Origin: Candidatus Dojkabacteria bacterium
Lineage (GTDB): Bacteria > Patescibacteriota > Dojkabacteria > SC72 > JAFGCJ01
DNA: 64,000 nucleotides
Direction: 5' to 3'
Assembly: GCA_016932785.1 (NCBI GenBank)
Contig: JAFGCJ010000004.1
Coordinates: 5,447 to 69,446, forward strand
The position numbers and the translations under genes were made by a program. The notes under the pieces are model-generated. The model was not told the DNA's origin. It worked only from the letters and a program-made list of their open reading frames with translations, and searched no databases. Positions 1 through 8,656 of this stretch are shown here, one piece after another. Positions within the stretch are counted from its first letter, which is position 1, and the number at the start of each line of letters is the position of its first letter.

Positions 1-1117
1 CTATTGATTCGCAAATTAGTTTTGATTGGGGATTCATCTTGTCTGTCACGTCAGCGGTTATTCCTCCCTGGCTCATACTTGCGACCTTTCTTACATATAC
101 TATTTCATCTTTTTCTGGGACATCATCCAGCTCATGTCCGTTTTTCCTTACTATGTCTATGAGATCATCGTCGATGACTATATACTTCATTACATGGGTA
201 GGAAGTGAGATATTTCTTCTGGGGTCCTTATTCTCGATTTCGATTAGTTCTTGTATTGTGTGTTTTCCATCTCCGGTTACTCGGGCAGGAATTCTGTGGG
301 TGGCAATTTCGACTTTTCCGTTTACCACCAAGACTCTGTAGTCCTGACCCTCTACTTTTCTTTGAATAAGTATCTTTTTCTGCCATCCCGATTTAGGAAA
401 TTCCATGTTCGCGTAGTATTCTTGTATCTTATCCCAGGCTTCCTCCATCTCTTTGACTGTATCCAGGCCTACGTATACACCATGGCCTGCTGTAAGTCCT
501 ACGGGTTTTATTACAAGAGGAAATCCAACTGTCTCGCAGGCTTCTGGAATTTCTTCGCGAGATTCAACTTGTGTCCAGGGTGCAATTGGCAGATCCATAC
601 CCTCTATGAACTGGTTGCTTCGAATTTTGTCTCTTTGCGTTTTTATGGAGAAAGATGAATCACCCGTAGTTGAGGCTGAAACGCATTGTGCGGCCTCTTT
701 TCCGATCCCAATGATATAGTGACGATTCAATCTATTCTTTGGCAGAATACCCTTGTTTAGAAAGGCCTGTATGGTCTCGTAACCCATTTTGTGAGCTGCC
801 TGGAGTATTGGAATAGTGGACATCGAATAGATCTGAGCGGATGCAACTTCGAGCATTTGTTCTTTGGCTTTGTCTATATCTATAGTCCCCATGGAGTATT
901 CCTCTACTGGTTGTAGAAATGTCTGATTTTTCCAAAGACTTGGTAGGTTTGTTTTTACTTTAAGGGTTTTTCCGTCTAGAATTTCGTAGTCTTTCATGAA
1001 AATGGGGTGCATTTCCTTAAAGAAATCAATGAGATCCGGTTTTACGGATTTCATTTCCGCAACTACAGTAGTTTGACTGTTTTGGAGGTTTAATCCTTGT
1101 AATACCTTGATTTTCAT
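1..1117 (-). CDS. cyanophycin-synthetase-like ligase, N-terminal part (N-domain plus ATP-grasp); the C-terminus lies beyond the left window edge
   Basis: Absent from the ORF track because there is no stop inside the window. Hand translation from the ATG (revcomp of 1115-1117) stays open for 372 codons: MKIKVLQGLNLQ...GFPLVIKPVGLTAGHGVYVGL...YRVLVVNGKVEIATHRIPARVTGDGKHTIQELIEIENKDPRR...VASMSQGGITADVT. This is collinear with the CphA N and G domains as I remember them. Confidence 0.7.
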   Translation of the reverse strand, partial: MKIKVLQGLNLQNSQTTVVAEMKSVKPDLIDFFKEMHPIFMKDYEILDGKTLKVKTNLPSLWKNQTFLQPVEEYSMGTIDIDKAKEQMLEVASAQIYSMSTIPILQAAHKMGYETIQAFLNKGILPKNRLNRHYIIGIGKEAAQCVSASTTGDSSFSIKTQRDKIRSNQFIEGMDLPIAPWTQVESREEIPEACETVGFPLVIKPVGLTAGHGVYVGLDTVKEMEEAWDKIQEYYANMEFPKSGWQKKILIQRKVEGQDYRVLVVNGKVEIATHRIPARVTGDGKHTIQELIEIENKDPRRNISLPTHVMKYIVIDDDLIDIVRKNGHELDDVPEKDEIVYVRKVASMSQGGITADVTDKMNPQSKLICESI

Positions 1118-1129
1118 ATGGTTAGGAGT

Positions 1130-2125
1130 TTACAGGTTATCTAAAATATATTGTTGTATAGGAATTGCAACTTCTGAGGGTTCTCCTTCGGTGGGTAGGT
1201 AATGAATTCTGAGCCCTGGATCATGGTTGATCTCGTTAAGAGCATGCTTCTTGGATGGATCAGTGATGTCTGGAGTAATTAGATCTACTCCTGCAAGTTT
1301 AAGATTTAGAACCTTGCTCGCTTTTATCGCGAGATTCTTGTAGTCCTCATGAACTTCAGCAAGGCACTCATGAGTTGTCCCTCCTGTACTAAGGTTTGCG
1401 TTGAATCTTATTCTTACCTTTTGTTCTTTGGAGAGTATGTCCTCAAGTGAAAATCCCTGGTCTGCGAGTGCTTTTTCTGTTTCCACGTCGATTGGGGTAG
1501 GGCTCAGGCCCTGTGCCTTTCTGGCGGAATTATTTTCATCAATTAGCACTCGAATACTTGATTTGCCATCACCTTCTACTAATGGTGGCATTCTACGGGA
1601 AGCGGCGATAACTTGATCTCCAAGAACGAGTAGTCTGTAGTTTTCTCCCTTTATGAATTCTTCGACTAGAACTTTATTTTCTGACTTTCCTTTATATTTG
1701 TCGTAGGCGTATTTGAATGCGTTTTCGGTCTCTTTTGGGGTATCTGGCAAAATTGTTACACCACTGCCGCCGAATCCTTTAACTGGTTTCACTACGATAT
1801 TCTGTATGCCTTCCTTTTCCATGAATGTATTAATATCTTCGATACTTCCGACGTTTTGCTGTTTGGGTACAGGAATACCATTATCCCCAAGGAATTTGTT
1901 ACAGGTATTTTTGTATGATGCTAGTGTCATGGCTACGCTGTCATTGATAGGCGTGAGGGACTTGTGGATTCTCCAGCTTTTATTTCCTTTCGAGAACTCT
2001 ATTAAAAGAGCTCTAATGAGCATCCTATAGGAGATTCCTAGTTCCTGGGCTGCAAGAAGATAGAAGGCCATCTGATAGTTCTTGGTGATTTCTACAGCCT
2101 CATCAAGGTTAAGTTTTTCTGACAT
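1130..2125 (-). CDS. stand-alone ATP-grasp ligase resembling the cyanophycin synthetase G domain
   Basis: 331-aa ORF with IVVKPVKGFGGSGVTI, NYRLLVLGDQVIAASRRMPPLVEGDGKSSIRVLIDENN and NANLSTGGT motifs. It lies 12 nt upstream of the next gene start on the same strand. Confidence 0.75.
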   Translation of the reverse strand: MSEKLNLDEAVEITKNYQMAFYLLAAQELGISYRMLIRALLIEFSKGNKSWRIHKSLTPINDSVAMTLASYKNTCNKFLGDNGIPVPKQQNVGSIEDINTFMEKEGIQNIVVKPVKGFGGSGVTILPDTPKETENAFKYAYDKYKGKSENKVLVEEFIKGENYRLLVLGDQVIAASRRMPPLVEGDGKSSIRVLIDENNSARKAQGLSPTPIDVETEKALADQGFSLEDILSKEQKVRIRFNANLSTGGTTHECLAEVHEDYKNLAIKASKVLNLKLAGVDLITPDITDPSKKHALNEINHDPGLRIHYLPTEGEPSEVAIPIQQYILDNL

Positions 2126-2135
2126 TGGTGTTTAT

Positions 2136-3653
2136 TTAATGAAGTAAGAACGTTTTGCTTGCGTCGACCAAGAAAAGTTTCAAGTCGCGTCTTCCCATTG
2201 TAACAGGATAGGGGACTTCTTTCATGATGCTGACGATCATTGTTGGTGTTAGTGATACACTGGCAAGTTCCATAGGGATCTCAATGGTAGGTCTTATTCG
2301 CACCGCTTCTTCATCGGTTGTAATTCTATATTCTAGAATTCTTTTGAAGGGCTCGAGTTTTGTGCTATTTTCCTCTTTGTATTTCAACGCTTCAGATCGA
2401 GACTCGAATTTGTCTGGTATCTCAAGACTTGCAAAGTGATCAAGCTCCTCTTTGAAGCCTAGCTTTCCTGCTGTTTTCTCTGCGATTCTTGAAATAACGC
2501 TTCCAGTGTTGATAAGAACTTTTGCTCTAATATTTTCATCTTTAGGTTTCTTCCTTCTTTTCCTTTTGCTTTTAGGTATTATTTTATCTGTTTCCTGAGC
2601 TGGGGCTTGATAGAATAGAGTGGCTTTTTCAACTAGCCCTATTATCTGTCTTCCAGAGACTGCTTTAACTTCATCCTCGACCTCACCACCGAAGAGATTT
2701 TGGGCAACCCGTATTCCATGGTTCGCATCGTTTATCTTCAATCCTTTAACTCTTTCAAGTCGGTCTTTCATTCCTGAAAGATTTGCAGTTTGGATGGCGA
2801 TTCCAGGGCGTGCATTCAGCTCGAAAACAACAGGCCCTTTATCTCGATCAAGTGCTATGTCGGCCCCGAAGAAGCCAAGACCTGTTGCCAGCTGGCATTT
2901 AATAGCTATTTTCAGAATGTTCTTCCAATCAGGTATTTGAATACCGCTGAGTGGTAGCTGTTTCTCATCGGGAGTGGTTTCAATTATTCTATATATATCT
3001 GAAAACATAGATGCGCCTTGTCTGATTATTGCAGTAGTAGTAATTCCGGTGGCGATGTCTATTCCGACACCGATTCCGCCGGCGTGAAGATTGGCCACAC
3101 CACCGGACTGCCTGGTGGGAAGACGAAGCTCGGCCATTATAGGCACTTTGTTGAAAACGATGATTCTTATATCTGGTATACCTTTGTAGGAATAGGGTTT
3201 AAGCAGAGGATGATTAATGATTCTCTCTTCAATTAGTGCAATATCGTGACGGTTTCCCATTGAAAACTGACCGTCTAGAATATTGCTGATATGGTTCTTG
3301 ATCTGGTTCGAGCTCATTGTTGAACCGTCTGGACGAATCCAGTCAAGGCTGTTGGTTTTCTTTCCAACAAAAACGAGAATGCCGCTTCCTCCTGTGCCGA
3401 TGTTTGGCTTAAGCGCAAAGCTTTTAGGTAGTTTGTCCCAATTTAGAGCTTCGAGTTGCTTTTTGTTTCTGATAACTTTGTATATCTCAGCTGTTGGTAT
3501 ACCGTTTCTGGATAGTATCTTTTTACATAATAACTTGTCGTCGGCGATTTCTTTTGCACGACTTCTATTATAGGGGCGCATATAAATAGCGTTTCTCTTG
3601 TTTAGGCCAAGTATTTGTCCGGCGCTCTTTAGTCTTTTAGTCAGTTCTTTCAT
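2136..3653 (-). CDS. alpha-L-glutamate-ligase-like (RimK family) ATP-grasp fused to a C-terminal DUF785 retropepsin-like domain
   Basis: 505-aa ORF. The N-terminal part (ILGLNKRNAIYMRPYN..., ALKPNIGTGGSGILVF, ANLHAGGIGVGID, FELNARPGIAIQ) matches the RimK-related ligase family. The C-terminal ~170 aa ends in MGRRDLKLFLVDASKTFLL, like DUF785/RimB proteins. Confidence 0.75.
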   Translation of the reverse strand: MKELTKRLKSAGQILGLNKRNAIYMRPYNRSRAKEIADDKLLCKKILSRNGIPTAEIYKVIRNKKQLEALNWDKLPKSFALKPNIGTGGSGILVFVGKKTNSLDWIRPDGSTMSSNQIKNHISNILDGQFSMGNRHDIALIEERIINHPLLKPYSYKGIPDIRIIVFNKVPIMAELRLPTRQSGGVANLHAGGIGVGIDIATGITTTAIIRQGASMFSDIYRIIETTPDEKQLPLSGIQIPDWKNILKIAIKCQLATGLGFFGADIALDRDKGPVVFELNARPGIAIQTANLSGMKDRLERVKGLKINDANHGIRVAQNLFGGEVEDEVKAVSGRQIIGLVEKATLFYQAPAQETDKIIPKSKRKRRKKPKDENIRAKVLINTGSVISRIAEKTAGKLGFKEELDHFASLEIPDKFESRSEALKYKEENSTKLEPFKRILEYRITTDEEAVRIRPTIEIPMELASVSLTPTMIVSIMKEVPYPVTMGRRDLKLFLVDASKTFLLH

Positions 3654-4320
3654 CGCTCTTGATTACGTCAAAAAATCTGAGATATTCGATCCATCTTGTT
3701 CCTGAGTATTTTCCTATTGCGTAATTAATTACCAGGGCGACCAGTGAAAGCCAGATATTATCTGTTACCCAGTTACGTATGATGTTAATTCTCATAATCG
3801 CCCATCCTAGCAGTGATATCAGTATTGTTTCTGCGGTAAGTCTTGTTGCTGTAATAAGGTTCTTCTTTATGTAGTTAGAGACAAATCTATCAGTAATTGA
3901 AATGATCATGGCTAGTGGGAGCGGCTGGATGTTCCTGAAGTCAAAAACTGGATTATCACTAGGTATAAATGATGTTGCTGCGATAAAGGCCATTATGGCG
4001 ATGCAGTTCATGGTGTATACAAGTGATAATCTTGAGAGGTAATGGAGCCTTGTTTTTTTAAGGATATTTCTTGTAGCCCAAGAGACAACTACCACAAGAA
4101 TGGTTATAGTTACAGCTTGTCTGGCGCCCATGAAGTAGTAAGCAAAAGACAAGATCATCGGGCTGTATATGCCGAAAGTCTTTATTCCGGTTATGTATCT
4201 TGAAATTGTAGTTGTGGTGACGAATATAGGTACGAAACAAAGAATGAGCAATACTTCATTAGAAATACCAATATCGATTAACCATTGGGAAACGTTTGGC
4301 ATTATTACTTGAGAATTCAA
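3637..4320 (-). CDS. 7-TM membrane protein, of the type usually fused to an inactive transglutaminase
   Basis: 227-aa ORF with about 7 hydrophobic segments and a GIKTFGIYSPMILSFAYYF motif. It overlaps the ligase start by 17 nt, which suggests translational coupling. Confidence 0.6.
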   Translation of the reverse strand: MNSQVIMPNVSQWLIDIGISNEVLLILCFVPIFVTTTTISRYITGIKTFGIYSPMILSFAYYFMGARQAVTITILVVVVSWATRNILKKTRLHYLSRLSLVYTMNCIAIMAFIAATSFIPSDNPVFDFRNIQPLPLAMIISITDRFVSNYIKKNLITATRLTAETILISLLGWAIMRINIIRNWVTDNIWLSLVALVINYAIGKYSGTRWIEYLRFFDVIKSDERTD

Positions 4321-4424
4321 TTTATCTGTCAGGAGAGGTACAGGTGTATTTTACTACATTGGGCGGTAATGATTAAGGGTTGGTTGTGAGTATTGTTGAA
4401 GAGGGTGGGCGATCCTGTTAATAG

Positions 4425-4466
4425 AACAATGCAGCAAAATGATTAAGTTCACATTGCTGCATTGTT
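4425..4466 (-). terminator. 13-bp perfect hairpin just downstream of the rplL stop
   Basis: aacaatgcagcaa (4425-4437) is the exact reverse complement of ttgctgcattgtt (4454-4466). The T-run lies on the plus-strand side only, so its role as a minus-strand terminator is uncertain. Confidence 0.4.
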
Positions 4467-4491
4467 TGTTTTCGATTACGAAATAGCTATG

Positions 4492-5001
4492 TTACGCTAA
4501 TTCGACGGTTGCTCCAGCTTCCTCGAGTTTTTTCTTAATTTCCTCTGCTTCTTCTTTAGCAACATCTTCTTTCACGTTTTGAGGAGTTCCCTCTACGAGG
4601 TCCTTTGCCTCCTTAAGCCCAATCTCTGTTATTTCGCGAACTGCTTTTATAACATTGATCTTCTGGTCTCCTGCTGCTTTGAGAACGACGGTGAAAGCGG
4701 ATTTCTCCTCAGCTTCTTCACCAGCGGCAGCTGGTCCGGCTGCAACAGCTACAGGTGCAGCTGCACTAACACCGAACTTTTCCTCCATGACCTTAACGAG
4801 ATCAGCAAGTTCAAGAACGGTCATCTTTTCGACCATCTCCAGAACCTTTTTTGCATCAGCTGAAAGACTTGAGACATCAACTTCCTTTGTCTCTTCCTCG
4901 ACTGGCTTTTCTTCAGTCTTGGGTTCTTCTGCCTTTGCTTCTGGAGCTTTGGCCTCTTCTTTGGCTTCGGGGGCTTTCTTTTCTTTTTTCTCTTCTGCCA
5001 T
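4492..5001 (-). CDS. rplL: 50S ribosomal protein L7/L12 with an N-terminal E/K/A/P-rich extension of about 45 aa
   Basis: [30 protein letters not shown]...[11 protein letters not shown]...[14 protein letters not shown]. Confidence 0.95.
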   Translation of the reverse strand: MAEEKKEKKAPEAKEEAKAPEAKAEEPKTEEKPVEEETKEVDVSSLSADAKKVLEMVEKMTVLELADLVKVMEEKFGVSAAAPVAVAAGPAAAGEEAEEKSAFTVVLKAAGDQKINVIKAVREITEIGLKEAKDLVEGTPQNVKEDVAKEEAEEIKKKLEEAGATVELA

Positions 5002-5041
5002 TTTAGTTAAATATTTTGAAATTAATTTGCTCTAATATTTT

Positions 5042-5566
5042 CTATTCAGAGCGAGTTTTTTGAATCTCAGATAGTGTACTCACAAATTGTCTGGCGTTTC
5101 CTCTTGAAGTCGACATAAAACCGACCAGGGGAGCATTCATTGTCCCCACAAGTTTTGCCAGGAGTTCCTCTCTTGATGAAATATCTGCGAGCTGGTCTAC
5201 TTTCTCAGCCTCAGCTATTTCGCCGAATAACACGCCAAACTTTGTTTTTAGTATCTCATATGCTTTTTGTAGTTTTTTCAGTGCTTTTGCCGGTCCGATA
5301 GGTTCTTCTTCACAGACGACTATTCCTGTGGCATCCTCAATTTCTTGGAGCTTGGTTGGCTGGTCTGTTTCCTGGGCGGCAATCTTAAATAGGGTATTCT
5401 TGACAACGTGGAAAGTCGCGCCTGATTCCTTTAAATCTTTCTTAAGTTCGGTGATTTGAGTCATTCCAACTCTATCAGTATCTACGACGAAGTAGTTTCT
5501 CCCATTGGAAAGCAGGTCTTTATACTGCTTTAGCATGGCGTTTTTTTGTTCCTTTGTTTTAGCCAT
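5042..5566 (-). CDS. rplJ: 50S ribosomal protein L10
   Basis: 174 aa, immediately upstream of rplL, with typical L10 sequence (VVDTDRVGMTQITELKKDLKESGATFHVVKNTL). Confidence 0.93.
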   Translation of the reverse strand: MAKTKEQKNAMLKQYKDLLSNGRNYFVVDTDRVGMTQITELKKDLKESGATFHVVKNTLFKIAAQETDQPTKLQEIEDATGIVVCEEEPIGPAKALKKLQKAYEILKTKFGVLFGEIAEAEKVDQLADISSREELLAKLVGTMNAPLVGFMSTSRGNARQFVSTLSEIQKTRSE

Positions 5567-5618
5567 AAGTGTATATATAAAGGTTATTGTTTTTTGAAAT
5601 TCGATTAACCTCGGCCTT

Positions 5619-5634
5619 GAGTCATTTCTGACTC
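5619..5634 (-). promoter_or_regulatory. small hairpin in the 125-nt gap upstream of rplJ; a possible L10-leader element or the terminator of the orphan gene
   Basis: gagtca-tttc-tgactc forms a perfect 6-bp stem, with flanking cc/gg extending it. Confidence 0.25.
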
Positions 5635-5691
5635 GGCTGTCTTCGGCTGATGAGAATAATAGGGGATTTAGAGTTGGATGTCAATTGTTGT

Positions 5692-6678
5692 TTATACGAG
5701 TTTTTGTCGAATTATGGGTAAGACTATTTCCATTAGATTTGCCCTGTCAGCTTCACTTATAGATAGGAGTGTTGCAAAGGTTTTTAGAGCTGCATTTCCT
5801 TGCCAGAGTAAGGAAATAGTCGATGTCTCTTGATAATGAGGATTGGTATTTGGTCGTCTTCTCAAGCCGGGTAGTAATGCTTGAGGAGTTGTTGGTCTGA
5901 TTTTGGAGGCAAGCATCGAAGCTATTTGGATTGTCAGGATCTGTGTTCTCTCGGGTTCATGTAAGCTTCTAACCTGTTGTATAGGGCAGATGTGCTCTAT
6001 TACTTTTGCTAACGACACTATGACTTGTGTTCGCGCCGCCTTAAAATCATAGTGTTTTGTGGAATTTACTTCGTGGTTTCCAAATCCATTGATTGTCGCA
6101 AGACATGCTTGTACCAGTAGACCTAATCTTTGTGCAATATCCTCTTGGGCGTAAGCCAGTACGGTAAGTTCTGCTATTATCTGTGCCCGTTGGCAGTAAT
6201 CTCGTTCCCAGTATTCTGGATATACCCAGTCTTCAGTTCCTCGGACTTTATTTACCGGAGAATTGATAAATCCGCCGCGTGTCCAGCCAAGATAATCGGT
6301 GTAGAATCCTATCGCGGCAAGAATAGCGACTCCATCTTCTTCTGGTAGTTGTAAAATAGTATTCTTACCTTCAGAAATCCACCTAGCATTCACTAATTCT
6401 AGGTACATAGTTCTTAAGTATGCAGAATATTCTTTAGGGTCTAAAGGAATGCCGGGATCTTCAGGTCTTGATCGAATACGAACTCCGTATATATCGAAAG
6501 TTGCCACTCCTGTAGAAATATCATAGGTCCAGCATTCTCTATCTCTTCCAGATATATCCACTAGCTCTGTAACCGGGTCAATTTGTATCTGTGGTTTTCT
6601 AAGACTTCCCGCGAGTAAATCAGGGTCGATGGGTGCTATGTATACAGTGTCTTTTGTTACCTGTACATCTGCAGACAT
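5692..6678 (-). CDS. hypothetical protein (328 aa) inserted between rplA and rplJ
   Basis: Long uninterrupted ORF on the operon strand. I recognise no motif, TM segment or signal peptide. It is flanked by 115-nt and 125-nt noncoding gaps. Confidence 0.7.
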   Translation of the reverse strand: MSADVQVTKDTVYIAPIDPDLLAGSLRKPQIQIDPVTELVDISGRDRECWTYDISTGVATFDIYGVRIRSRPEDPGIPLDPKEYSAYLRTMYLELVNARWISEGKNTILQLPEEDGVAILAAIGFYTDYLGWTRGGFINSPVNKVRGTEDWVYPEYWERDYCQRAQIIAELTVLAYAQEDIAQRLGLLVQACLATINGFGNHEVNSTKHYDFKAARTQVIVSLAKVIEHICPIQQVRSLHEPERTQILTIQIASMLASKIRPTTPQALLPGLRRRPNTNPHYQETSTISLLWQGNAALKTFATLLSISEADRANLMEIVLPIIRQKLV

Positions 6679-6793
6679 GGAAACAGAAGGTCAAAATTAT
6701 TGAGGAATTCATCCTTAGGAGAACCCCTCTGAACTATGGGGTATATTATATCCCATATATAGTAAATCGAAAAGATTTTATTGGGGGACGAAT

Positions 6794-7477
6794 CTAGTAG
6801 CAAGTCGTCATATCTACCTTAACACCTGTACCCATTGTTGGACTTAGGGTAACAGATTTTAGAAGACTCTCGGGGGTTTTGCCAATTGTATCTGTTACAG
6901 ATTTTATGACATATAGGATGTTTGCTTTTATTTTTTCGTCTTCTGTGTCAGTTTTTCCTACCGTAAGGTGTACAACACCTCCGTCATCGCATATGAACTT
7001 TGTTTTACCTTTCTTAAATTCCTCGATGCCTGCCTTCACATTCTCTACCAGGGTTCCGGTTTTAGGGTTAGGCATAAGCCCCTTTGGGCCCAGCTCTTTT
7101 CCAAGAACTGCAATTTGACCCATTACAGAGGGGACAGCAAGTACAACATCGAATTCCATCCATCCGTCTTGTATCTTCTTGATAAGGTCATCAAGACCGG
7201 CCTCTATTGCACCGGCCTCCTTTGCTTCCTTTTCCTGATCTTTTTCGCAGAAAATGACGATTCGAGATTCTTCGGTTTTTACTGTATTAGGAAGTGAGAG
7301 TGATCCTTTTATTGATTTTGCCTCTTTGTCTTTTGGAAGGAACATTGCAATGTGAAGATCGATACTTCCAGTAAAGGAGGAGTAGGAAGTATCCTTTGCT
7401 TTCTTTATGGCTTCATCAAGTGGATAGAGCTTGTTTTCAAAGCCTTCAGCCATTTTTTTATATTTTTTTCCTCTCAT
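6794..7477 (-). CDS. rplA: 50S ribosomal protein L1
   Basis: 227 aa with ...FTGSIDLHIAM...GLMPNPKTGT... L1 signatures; sits in the rplK-rplA position. Confidence 0.95.
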   Translation of the reverse strand: MRGKKYKKMAEGFENKLYPLDEAIKKAKDTSYSSFTGSIDLHIAMFLPKDKEAKSIKGSLSLPNTVKTEESRIVIFCEKDQEKEAKEAGAIEAGLDDLIKKIQDGWMEFDVVLAVPSVMGQIAVLGKELGPKGLMPNPKTGTLVENVKAGIEEFKKGKTKFICDDGGVVHLTVGKTDTEDEKIKANILYVIKSVTDTIGKTPESLLKSVTLSPTMGTGVKVDMTTCY

Positions 7478-7517
7478 TTGATCTTAAAATATTTAACTAA
7501 TTCGTACCCTATAGAAT

Positions 7518-7539
7518 CTTGTAGAAAAAATACTACAAG
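7518..7539 (-). promoter_or_regulatory. 7-bp hairpin in the rplK-rplA intergenic spacer
   Basis: cttgtag (7518-7524) pairs with ctacaag (7533-7539). Confidence 0.25.
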
Positions 7540-7551
7540 ATGTCGAGCGTT

Positions 7552-7974
7552 TTAATCGTATTCAATTCCCATTTGTTTTGCTGTTCCCTTAATGATTTCC
7601 TTTGCTTTTTCAATATCTGTTGTGTTGAGGTCAGGCATCTTAATCTCAGCAATTTTGGTTAGTTGCTCGTCTGATAGTTTGCCAACCTTGTCGAGGTTCG
7701 GACGATCTGAACCTTTCTTAATCTTAAGTTCTCTTCTTATGAGTTCTCCTACAGGTGGAGTTCTAGTTATAAACTCAAAACTTCTGTCCTCGTATATCGT
7801 TAAAAGAACAGGAGTTACAACACCTTGTCCTTCTTTTGTTTTATCGTTGAACTGATCACAAAATGCTTTTACATCGATACCAAGCGGACTCAATGTAGGT
7901 CCAATAGGAGGAGCGGGACTTGCTTGTCCTGCCGGTATCTGGAGCTTAACTTTTCTCATAATTTCTTTTGCCAT
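7552..7974 (-). CDS. rplK: 50S ribosomal protein L11
   Basis: VKLQIPAGQASPAPPIGPTLSPLGIDVKAFCDQFN. Confidence 0.95.
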   Translation of the reverse strand: MAKEIMRKVKLQIPAGQASPAPPIGPTLSPLGIDVKAFCDQFNDKTKEGQGVVTPVLLTIYEDRSFEFITRTPPVGELIRRELKIKKGSDRPNLDKVGKLSDEQLTKIAEIKMPDLNTTDIEKAKEIIKGTAKQMGIEYD

Positions 7975-7990
7975 TGCTTATCGTTTTTAA

Positions 7991-8656
7991 TTAAAGTTTT
8001 TTCACTTGACTGAATTCGAGTTCGACCGGTGTTTCTCTTCCAAATATTGAGATGAGAACCTTTACCTTGCCTTTTGTTTCGTCGATTTCGCTTACACTGC
8101 CGACGAAATCCGCAAATGCACCTTCAGTAATTCTTACTGCATCCCCAGGACTAAATGAGGCCTGGAAGGCTGGTTGTTCGATTTCCATAAATTTCATTAT
8201 GGCTTTAACCTCTTCATCAGGAAGTGGGCGAGGGTATTTATCTATTCTGATGAATCCTGTAACACCTTCTGTGTTGGTTATAATCTCCCACGTCTTCTGG
8301 TCGAGAACCATTCTTATCAAAACATATCCAGGGAAAATCTTCTCTTCTTTAACCTTTTGCTTTCCTTCTTTTACAATGATTTTCTTCTGGACCGGAACAA
8401 GAACCTCAGGGATGATTTCCTGGAGTTCTGTTGCCTCGACTCTGAGCTTGATTGCATCAGCAACTTTTTGCTCATGTCCAGACTGGGTGCTGATAACGTA
8501 CCATTGAGGTGCATCCTTTTTTCTTTTAGTAGATTTTTCCTCTATTTGGGTTGTTACTTTTTCTTCTTTTGGCTCTTCAGTCTCTTTGCCAATCTTTGGC
8601 TCCTGAATTTTTGTCGCAGTCTTCTTTGGTGCTTTTGTTTTTTTTGTTGCCATCAA
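7991..8656 (-). CDS. nusG: transcription antitermination factor NusG with a 50-aa K/E/T-rich N-terminal extension
   Basis: The NGN domain starts at QWYVISTQSGHEQKV and the KOW is at FSPGDAVRITEGAFADFVGSV. Sits in the secE-nusG-rplK position. Confidence 0.93.
   Translation of the reverse strand: MMATKKTKAPKKTATKIQEPKIGKETEEPKEEKVTTQIEEKSTKRKKDAPQWYVISTQSGHEQKVADAIKLRVEATELQEIIPEVLVPVQKKIIVKEGKQKVKEEKIFPGYVLIRMVLDQKTWEIITNTEGVTGFIRIDKYPRPLPDEEVKAIMKFMEIEQPAFQASFSPGDAVRITEGAFADFVGSVSEIDETKGKVKVLISIFGRETPVELEFSQVKKL

Noticed and set aside
732-935. 67-aa minus-strand ORF from the ORF track
   Set aside because: It lies out of frame inside the much longer edge-truncated CphA-like reading frame (1-1117), which has clear ATP-grasp similarity.
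4655-5035. 126-aa plus-strand ORF, with similar long antisense ORFs at 8174-8776, 14929-15453, 22374-23024, 36901-37308 and 27174-27673
   Set aside because: All lie antisense to genes with unambiguous homology (rplL, nusG, mreC, glyA, mfd, rpsB). They have low-complexity or serine-rich compositions typical of shadow ORFs.
5567-6793. Mobile-element origin of the orphan gene in the ribosomal operon
   Set aside because: No transposase or integrase, no terminal inverted repeats and no target-site duplication could be found in the flanks, so mobility is not supported by the sequence. The gene itself is still reported as a finding.
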